Assembly (NCBI GenBank): GCA_964019335.1
Contig: OZ025672.1
Coordinates: 434,001 to 498,000, forward strand
DNA length: 64,000 nucleotides
Direction: 5' to 3'
Source: Diplonema japonicum
Taxonomy: Eukaryota > Protista > Euglenozoa: Diplonemea
Shown here: positions 55,390-64,000 of the stretch, piece after piece
Position numbering within the stretch: position 1 is the stretch's first letter
How the letters are laid out: each line of letters starts with the position of its first letter
Program-made: the position numbers and the translations under genes
The notes under the pieces: model-generated
Seen by the model: only the letters and a program-made list of their open reading frames with translations
Told to the model about the DNA's origin: nothing
Databases searched by the model: none

Positions 55390-57856
55390 CTGTAAAACAA
55401 AAATCACCGGAAGATAAAATGTCCGGAAGAGAAATTGTCCGGAAGATAAAATGTCCGGAAGCTCTGGCGGTCCGGATATTTTTTCTTCCGGACATTTTTT
55501 TCCCGGGACCCCCTTTTCTTTTAAGGGCTGGACCCGAAAACGGATGAAACTAGTTTCTGTAGCAAGAGAAAAATCAAACGAAAATCAGAGAGAATTGAAT
55601 TACGGACTTTTCCAAGAACTAAAAGATACCTCAGATCCTGATTGTTCGCTTCTACCACAAACTTGTCGAACCGAACCACTCCTTGTGCTTGCTTTAGGGT
55701 TGTTCTTGTGCTTTTTATTTCTCATTTTCCTAGCCCCCTAAACACATTCCAGACGCTTAATCTTTCATTAAACTTACTCTTCATTAACTTTTTCAAAAAT
55801 GCAACAGGGCACTTTGACTAACTGGGTTGGCAAGCGTACCTTTTTGGATGCTGGCAACTCCGGCCATCTTACCCCCAGGGAAGTGCAAGAGATCAACACC
55901 TTGCACGCCGCCAAGAAAGCAAGAAAGCCTCCGAAGCTCAAGCTTGCTGAGGCTGAAAAGGCCAAAATAGGCCGCTACGCAGCCACCTATGGTACCACGG
56001 CGGCCCAGCGCTGGTACCGCGCGAAGGAAGACATCACGGTGCCAACGTCCAGTATATCAGACTGGAAACACCGCTTTGGTAGCTCCAAGGTCGATCCCCC
56101 TGCCGCACCCGTTACTGCGGGTCGCAAGCCTCTTCTGAACGAGGAAGAAACAACCAAGCTCTTTGCTTGGATCCAGGTGCAGAACGGAAGGGGGGTGCCG
56201 GTAGCAGCGTCGGACATCTGCCTGTATGCAGAGGGTCTCCTGCGCTGCAACCCGCTGCGGAAGGAGAACCTCGAGGCGTTTGGGGGAACGGTGTCTTTCT
56301 CCCAAGCCTGGGCCAACCAGCTGTGCTCCAAGCATGGCATGACAAGCCGCCGCCCAACAACAGGGAAGTCTAGCAGCCTCAATGACACCCAAGCAGCAAG
56401 GAGGTTCGCAGAGTACGTCGGAAGGACCATCAAAGAACATGGGATCAGGCCAGAGTTGACCTGGAACATGGACCAGACGGCGCTTCCCCTGCTGCCGCTG
56501 GGGAAGAAGACGAAGACTAAAAGGGGTTCCAAGGTTGTCAAGGTTAGGGGCTTGGGGGACAAGCGTGCCGTCACCGGACAGTTTTGCGTTTCCCTGTCTG
56601 GTGGCAAACTGCATCCGCAGTTAATTTACACAGGAAGAACAGAACCAGCCCGCTGCAGGAAATATCCTGGGTCCGTCCCTCGTGTTGCACACCCCCCAAA
56701 AGGCTGGAGTTTAACAGCTTCGAAATCCCACTGGGCCACCCAAGAAACGCTTCAGCTCTGGGTAAAACGTGTCTTTCTCCCCTGTTGCTATAAACTTATA
56801 AAGTCATCGGGCTGGGCACCCAACGAGCCCATCTTGCTCATCCTAGATGACTACAATGGCCACACTACGGATGATTTTGTGAACTTGTTTTTAGAAACAA
56901 ACGTTCACTTAGCTTTTGTCCCTCCAGGCCTCACCTATTTGTGCCAGCCCCTGGACATAGGACTGAACGCCTCAATGAAGGCGACAATCAAAACCAAGTA
57001 TAAAAAGTGGTCTATGAGGAGGCTGGACAAGTATGTGGAAGAAGGGAACCGTCAGGAAGGGTGGACGGTACCAAGTACAAGTGAGATAAAAGGACCACAT
57101 CTGAGGTATTTTTTAAAAAATAAACTAAAATAATTCAACTTGCCCTCTTTTTTCTGCCAGGTGGGTTGAAGCAGCCTGGGAGCATGTCAGCAGGCAAGCT
57201 ATACAGGCAAGCTGGGCCCATTGTTTCGGGCGTTTTTTAGAGCCCTGGTGGAGTCCTGCTTGGGAGAATTCTCTCATTGCAGCAGCATACTGTGGTGTGC
57301 TTGCCGTTGCAGCGACGTGCTGCGGAGATGAAAAGTGGGATGAAGAGTGGGAAGAGTGGGAAGACCAGCAATATGCCAAGCTTGCTAGGCAGCTGGAAGG
57401 GGCCAGAGAAGTGTTGGATGACACGATTGTCGTGTCATCTGACACAAGTACGGTTTCCGCCGCTTCTTGGGTGGACGAAGCTTCGTTTTCCGTTTCTTCT
57501 TCTTCTTTTTCTTCGGTAGAAATGCTCCCCCCCTTGACCCAGCAAAGACTTGCTGAGGCCGAGGCCAGGCGCACTGCCAAGGCTGCGAAGGCAGCAAAGA
57601 CGGACAGGTAGGACGTTCCTCACCCCCTTTTTTTAGTTTTATTTTTGCCATTTTTAAGACTCTTGCAACAGAAACATAAGTTTTTCCAGGGAAACATGCA
57701 GCAGACAGGGGGGGGGACAGTGCGTAGGGCAGGCTAGGTACCCCCTTGAAAAGTGCCCCAAAAAAATGTCCGGAAGATAAAATGTCCGGAAGAAAAAATC
57801 ACCGGATGTTTCGGCGGTCCGGATATTTTATCTTCCGGTGGATTTTTGTTTTACAG
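55390..57856 (+). mobile_element. Apparently intact pogo-superfamily (DD35D) DNA transposon, 2467 bp
   Basis: TA at 55388-55389 and 57857-57858; ~38-bp TIRs CTGTAAAACAAAAATC(C)ACCGGAAGATAAAAT.TCCGGA; subterminal CCGGAAGA repeats. Confidence 0.92.
55799..57611 (+). CDS. CENP-B-like HTH + DDE_1 transposase; intron 57106-57160
   Basis: WNMDQT, LILDDYNGH, QPLD with 35 residues between D2 and D3; splicing restores RWVEAAWEHVS...SW and an acidic tail. Confidence 0.9.
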
Positions 57857-58282
57857 TATTTACTTTATTTTATAACTTAAAAATGTCAACAAAAAACTTT
57901 TGTCATTCATTTTTTTTTTTTTTTTTTAAATGGGGCACTACTGCAAAGTGTGACATGAGAGGGTGGCCTTCGAGAACATACACCTTTGTTCTGTCCCCCC
58001 CCCCCCCCCCCCCTCTTTCTCCCCATTTTGTCTCATTTAGAAAAAAAAGAGTAATAGGTATGGTTTCCTCTGCTTATTTTTCAAAAAAATTCTTCGTTCT
58101 GTCTTTTTTTTGTTTTTGTCTTTTCTTTTTTTTTTTAAACTCCTTGTGAAAAGTGAATTTAAAAAAAAAAAAAAATGGGCTACAACTACATTTTTTTTTT
58201 TTTCTGGAAGAAAAAAAAAAAGAAGGGGGAAAGGGTGGGGGAGGGAGAGAACGTCTTTTTTTTTTTTTTTTTTTTTTTTTCC

Positions 58283-59116
58283 CTACGACTTTGCACAACT
58301 TCTCGACCCAAGGACAATTAAAACACCAAATATAACAGCAACAACAGCATAGGCTATGAGAATACCAACATTGACAGAGCTGCTGGAACCGTCGCTTTCA
58401 GGGGCATTATCACCGGTGGTTTCCTTCCAGACCGTTTCGAAGGCAGAGTTCCAACCGAAGGCCATGATCGCAGCAGCCTCGCCCTCAAACATGTTGCACA
58501 GAGGGTCCGCAATTTTGTTTTCAAGCCCGCAGCATGGCTGGCCGAGCGCGCCTGGGCAACACCACCCAGACTCCTTTACCTTTTGTGTCAACATGATGAC
58601 ACCTATCGCCAAGGGGACTGTGAAGGCGGCGTAGGCAAAAGCAACCACAATCCTTGTCCCGTCGGAACCAATCTCGGCGAAGAGCTGCACGAAAAACTCG
58701 TTCCAAGCAGCACCGCAAATGAAACCGAAAGTGATTGGCGTCCAGATGACAAGCCCAACCAAGAAATAGTTCAGAATCCCAACAGGGATGAAATGGCATG
58801 ACGATTTGCACGAAGCCGACTGCCACGCGTCGTATGACTTGAAGATGATGATGAGCACCACGACCAGTCCTAGAGTCAGGGCAATCGCGATACCCAAGAG
58901 TGGCCAAGGGTCTTCTACAAGCTCAATGACGTCACCCCACGCAGCTGCCGAGAGAAGGCAGAACGAAACTTTGAACAAAGCAGTCAATGCGGTCCCTTTC
59001 TCACCCCCCGCTTGCTTCGCTTTTGGCTCCACAACCAGCTTCAACGCCGCCAAAACGTAAATCGACAACAGCGACACCAGCACTGCGTACAGTACAATAA
59101 TCCCAGCAGGGCCGAT

Positions 59117-59176
<60 letters not shown>

Positions 59177-59325
59177 CTTTGCTTTGAGTCATACTCCTCG
59201 AAGGTTGCCTTCATCGCTGCGTTCAGAGCCAACGCACCCACCATGCCCATGGCAGCAGAGCTGAGCTGCTTCAAGGTTGTAATGGCATCGTCTTTCCCGG
59301 GGATGCAGCGCTTGAGGGTTTGCAT
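58283..59325 (-). CDS. Multi-pass membrane protein of unknown function; intron 59194-59118
   Basis: About 8 hydrophobic helices with repeated AW(G/N) motifs; GTATG..AAG intron joins TFEE|IGPAG in frame. Confidence 0.7.
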
Positions 59326-59421
59326 TTTTTTTCCTTTCTCTTTTCTTTGTTCCCTTTACTTTTGGGAGTGTCTGTTAATAATTTTGTATAGATAGAAATA
59401 AAGAATAAAAACATAATTCAC

Positions 59422-59437
59422 GGCGGTGATTACCACC
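59422..59437 (-). promoter_or_regulatory. Candidate histone 3' UTR stem-loop (GGUGGU-AAUC-ACCGCC)
   Basis: 87 nt after the H2B stop; same stem as 11928-11943. Confidence 0.45.
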
Positions 59438-59524
59438 CGCGCCCTAGCAGTGCTGGGGACGCAAAAACAGGGAGAGGGAGGAATGAGAAAGAGTAAGGGG
59501 GTAAAGGAGGAGGAAGACTGCAGT

Positions 59525-59944
59525 CTAGTTCTTCTTGTTCTTGCTCTTGCTCTTGCTCTTCTTCGTCACGTCACCACCGCCGAAGGTCCCGACAGCGCTG
59601 GCACCAGCAGCAAGGGCATGGGTCGCAAGCTCCTTGGGAAGCTGCATCTTCACTGCCGCCATCACAGCCTTGGAGCTCAGCGTCTTCACCTGGGCATGCG
59701 TGGTGAGGCGCCCCGCCTCCCCGGCGAGCCTGTCGAACAGGTCCACCACGAAGGAGTTCACGATCGCCATCCCCTTCGCCGTGATCTGCACCTTGCTGCC
59801 CTTGGTGTCCTGCGTCCTCATCAGCCTGTGGATGTACGTGTTGTAGTTCGCGTAGCTTGACCTCTTCCTCCTCTTCTCCCCATCCTCTTCCTTCTTCACC
59901 TTCTTCGACACCTTCTTCTCCTTCTTCTCCTTCCTCGCGGGCAT
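59525..59944 (-). CDS. H2B: Divergent histone H2B variant, copy 2
   Basis: Three nt differences seen from copy 1 (one S->N, two synonymous). Confidence 0.92.
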   Translation of the reverse strand: MPARKEKKEKKVSKKVKKEEDGEKRRKRSSYANYNTYIHRLMRTQDTKGSKVQITAKGMAIVNSFVVDLFDRLAGEAGRLTTHAQVKTLSSKAVMAAVKMQLPKELATHALAAGASAVGTFGGGDVTKKSKSKSKNKKN

Positions 59945-60167
59945 CTTTCTTTTTTGAAGGTTGGGGCTAAAAGTTGCTGTGTGTGCATGTGTGTGTGTGT
60001 GTGGTTAGGTGTTGAAGGTGAATTCAGACCCTGCGCGGGTCTTCCCTTCGCTGAGATATCGATAGTTGGTTGTCATCAGAAAGCAAACATATAATACAAA
60101 TACAGCAGGGCAGGGGTTTACATTATGTCATTTTTATTTTTATTTTTCTTTTACATTTTTTTCCCCC

Positions 60168-60617
60168 CTACGACAGCGATCCTCCGATGAGTTTAGTAGA
60201 GTGCTGAGCCAACACGGCCTTGTTCTGGTCACGAAACGCTTGCAGCCTTGCTTGGGCTAGGGTGGTGTTTTGTACCGTTTGGGAGTGGTAGCTGGCTGCG
60301 GACTGCAGGAGAAGGTCCTGACTGTCCCTGTCCGCAGTGTGCTGGATATAACTGTTATCTATGTCCCGTTGCGCACCCAGCAACGCCCCAAGCGACCGTT
60401 CCACATGGCGCACCGAGGACACTGCTCTCACGGCAGCCCCTTCAGATATGATGGCATCATGCCGCCTCAAGGCCTCCTGCTTGCGTTCTTCTTTAAGATA
60501 TTGCAGCACAGCTTCTTCTTTGTACTGTGTGTATTTCGCATGTTCCTCGGCCCTAAGAACTTCTTCCTCTGCCCGGTAGGCTTCTTCTAAGCATTTTATG
60601 TAAGCTGCCTCTCGCAT
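60168..60617 (-). CDS. Small coiled-coil hypothetical protein
   Basis: 149-aa helical ORF on the coding strand with host-like composition. Confidence 0.55.
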   Translation of the reverse strand: MREAAYIKCLEEAYRAEEEVLRAEEHAKYTQYKEEAVLQYLKEERKQEALRRHDAIISEGAAVRAVSSVRHVERSLGALLGAQRDIDNSYIQHTADRDSQDLLLQSAASYHSQTVQNTTLAQARLQAFRDQNKAVLAQHSTKLIGGSLS

Positions 60618-61297
60618 TTCTGAAATGTGGAGAAACGACTGTTTCGCGCCGATAGTACAGAGTATGCAGTATTAAGGAAAAATAAGTATTTAAAAAAAAG
60701 GGGGGAGGGGGAAGGGTAATGGGGCGTTTTCTCTCTTTTTTTTTTCCCCTCCTTTTTTTATTTTTTCCCCCCGGTCCAGCTAAAAAAAAAAGAAAGAAAA
60801 CAAATTGGTTAGGCTGTTAAAAAAAAAATGGGGGGGTTTTTTTAGAACAAGAATAAGAAGAAAAAAAAACACACACACTAAAATTTCTTTTGTTTGTTAT
60901 ACCCGAGAGGGGAAAGGGAATTTAATCTAGGAAAAAAAAAGGGGGGAAAAAAGGGATGGTGGGGGATTAAAAAAAAGGAGGTACTACACACTTTAATGGG
61001 GAATATAAAAAAGAGGGAAACAAAAAGCCCTCCCCCCCCCCCTTTTTTTGGGGACACACTTCGTTAGGGATAGGTGAACAGAGTACTGGAAATATAAAAT
61101 AAAAAAAAAAGTTCTAATATCCACCCCTTCCCCATTATTCTTGTCTATACATCCCTTTCCCCCCCCCCCCCCCCCCCGATTATTTCCCACTTTTTCTTTT
61201 TTTAAACTCAGTCCTCTGCTCACCCCCCCTTTTTTTCTTCTCGTGTAACTCTAATATTGGATTTTTTTTTCCCCCACCTTTAAAAAAAAAAAAAATC

Positions 61298-61880
61298 CTA
61301 TTCCTTTTCTTTTTCCTTGTCGTTGCCATCTTTCTCGTCTTTTTTGTCGGAGTCCTTCTGTTTGTCTTCTTCCTTTTCTTTAATGAACTTCCCCGCACAT
61401 TTGTCAAACAATGCATCCACGACCTTGTGTAAATTCTCAAGAGTTTCCAGGGAATCAGGGTACAGGGCGTCTGTAAGGTCTGTTTCGTGGACTATAAGAC
61501 AGTGGTACGCCTGGTCAAGAATACCCAGCAGTTTTTCGTCCAGAATCATCTGGGAAAGCTTGGCCTCTATGAGACCAGCATCTAATTTGATCAGCCCGGC
61601 AAGGTGCGAGATTTCCACCCTCGAGTAAGGCTCGACCACCCTGGACAAGTGCTGCTCTAACAGCTTGTTATACAAATCCGTAAGATGTGTCTCTGCAATC
61701 ACATCTGCCGCGAACACGTCCTCGTAGGACTTCCTCACGTCGTTGAACTGGTGCAGATCCCTCACTTTGTACGCCTCCGCGATTTCCTTCATGGCGAGAA
61801 CCGCTCTGAGGGTCCGGTACTGTAGAACATTCTTCTGCTGCAAAACCTGCGAAAGGTCCCCGATCGAACCGTCAAGAATC

Positions 61881-61912
<32 letters not shown>

Positions 61913-62719
61913 CAAAATTCACACCTTACACATCAACATGTACTTCAACGCAGCTTCAGACTCAACATTGTGCTCCCCCGTGCAGTGGTAACCCTCGAAC
62001 GCCTCGAAAAAGTATGAGTAAGCAACCTTGAAATCCTTCTCCTCAGCGGCTATGACACCACTCTGCATATCAATCTCCGCTTGGGTCAGCGGTGCGATGT
62101 AAATTGTATGCGCCGCCGTTCTAGCTGCAACAAGACCAGCCTTTGCCTTGGACTGGTTCTTGAGGACATAATACAGCCTTGACTCCAGCACGTGGATGTC
62201 AACAAGCATCTGTTTGTCGTCAAGCTTGCGAACCTCTCTGAGCAACGCTGAGACACCGCTCAAGGCTTCTGTGTACCTTTTCAGTTGGAAACGGAGATCG
62301 CCAAGTCGTGTCTGCAGACGCTGGCGAAGGAAGGACCGCTTCTCCTGACGCGACCAGACGATGAACTCCTCAACAAGGTTGACCTGCTCCTCAAGAGAGC
62401 ACCCGCTGGCCGACACCATATCGAAGAGCTTCCTTACAATCCTAGCAGTGCGGCTCTTTGCAATGACCCCGAAGAACGGCCTCACATCTACTAAAAGCTG
62501 CTTCATACCATCGACATCGTGCTTCTCCACAAGCAGTTTCCCGTAAGCATACACAGCACCCTCTCTTGCCTTCACCGCCTTCACATCTTCCCTCTCACAC
62601 TCAGCCAAGATAATCTCAGCCAACGCAACCTTGTCGCCTTTCTCTCTTGCCTCCTGTAGTTTCTCCTCCAATGGGTGTAGCTCCTCCTCCTCCCTCATCT
62701 CTACATCCCCGTCTGTCAT
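61298..62719 (-). CDS. RPN6: 26S proteasome lid subunit RPN6/PSMD11; intron 61924-61880
   Basis: EKRSFLRQRLQ, KLDDKQMLVDIHVLES, DFKVAYSYFFEAFEG, ALKYMLMCK|I, PCI domain EPYSRVEI...KLSQMILD. Confidence 0.95.
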
Positions 62720-63666
62720 TTTTTTTTTTCTCCCCCTTTTTTTTTTTTTTTTTCTTTGGACTTTTTTTTTATTTTGGTGAGGAAAATAAAAAAAGAGAAA
62801 CTTTTTTTTTTAAAAAAAGGAGACAACCACATCAACTATATGAAGGAAAAAAAAAAAAAAAAAAGAATGAAAATAATAATAATAATAGGGAAATGGAGGT
62901 GGGAGGAAAAAAAAAAAGTGAGGAACAGGGGGAATGTGTGTGTGTGTGTGTTTGTGTGTGTGGTGAAGGTGAAGTTAGGTGTGAAAAAAAAAGGAAGAAA
63001 AAAAGTGATTGTATGAATTTGGAAGGGGAAACGGTGTTTTTTTTGGGGGGGTATCAAGCAAGGCTTCTTTTTTTTTTTTTCGATTCCTCCTCCTTTTCTT
63101 GTGTACCACGCGGCGGTCGTCGCTTTTTTTTATAAGTCCCCCGCAGCAATGCAAGAAAAAGGACGGAGGTGGTGACGTAAAAATGGGGGGTATTACAGAG
63201 TAAGAAAAAATAGCAAACTCGCGGAAAAAAAAAGGGGGGGAAGAAAACACTTTTTTTTTTCTCTCTTTCAGGGAAAAAAAAAAAGGAAAAAAAAGTATTT
63301 TTACCCAACCAATTCAGTTTTTTTTTTTTTTTTTTTTTTTTTCCCTTCGTTTTTTTCTCTCCTCCTCCTTAAAGGAGGAGCCCGGGCACCCAACCAAAAA
63401 AAAAAAAAAAAAAAAAAAAAAATGATTTTGTAAAGTCTGGGGGAAGGAAATTAAGAGGAGACACTAAAATGGGGATAGGGAGGGGAACAAAAAAACCAAC
63501 GTCCTGGTTTTTGTCTTTTATTTTCTTCTTGGCGCCAAGCCTGTTCTAAGAAGGACACCGTGAACCGGACACTAGGGCGAAGAAAAAAGAGGAAAAAAAA
63601 GAGGGCGGGGGGGGGGGGGGGGGGGAATAGAAATGCTGAAAACTATTGCGGGTGTTCTTAAATGGT

Positions 63667-63705
<39 letters not shown>

Positions 63706-64000
63706 CGAAGGAGGGGGGAAATTTTCAAAGAAACAATTCGCGCCGTTCGGGAAAATTATGTATTTATTTACTATTATTTTTTTTTGCTGTTGTTTCCTGC
63801 TTTTTTCCCCCCCCTTTTTTTTCCTCCTCTTTTTCCTTTTTTTTCTTTCCCCCCCCCTTTTTTTTAATGATTAGAAAGTTGAAAGGTGGGGAAAAGGGGG
63901 GAAGGGAAAACATAAAAAAAATCTATGAGGGTAAGGTTTATTCAAAATTTCTCGTTTTTTTTTCTTCTTTTTTTTTTTCTTCTTCCCTTTTTTACCGATC

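Noticed and set aside
55410-55500. Short reiterated repeats resembling a CRISPR array
   Set aside because: No unique spacers, eukaryotic context; they are transposon subterminal repeats.
60024-60078. Minus-strand TGATGA...CTGA, possible C/D snoRNA
   Set aside because: Only ~55 nt, the would-be guide is self-paired, and no rRNA complement was recognised.

Overview
Eukaryotic protist genomic DNA. Euglenozoan, probably diplonemid, is my inference from the single-strand gene cluster, the multi-TM adenylate cyclase and a VIPER/TATE-type retroelement. About 25 host genes all lie on the minus strand, separated by homopolymer-rich spacers and interrupted by tiny (37-77 nt) GT..AG introns, several filled with poly(A). 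Host genes include BRAP2, a CAP-Gly protein, a FYVE/WH2/WCA-like protein, an iGluR-like channel, PEX10, a UBA protein, an adenylate cyclase-like protein, START, a GH43-like secreted enzyme, ankyrin, MORN, cytochrome b5, Kelch, a class I PDE and RPN6. The most striking locus (11.9-13.7 kb) is an intronless H3-H4 fused histone doublet next to a divergent H2B whose H4-contact residues appear to co-vary with it; that H2B recurs almost identically at 59.5 kb with a conserved 6-bp/4-nt 3' stem-loop. Mobile DNA comprises a full-length two-ORF LINE (pseudo-OTU ORF1, AUGA junction, 2A-like peptide), a gag-YR-RT/RNaseH retrotransposon with split direct repeats inserted in a poly(T) run, an intact pogo-family DD35D transposon, an internally deleted piggyBac and a two-copy Helentron-like element. 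All calls are by eye; no searches were run.
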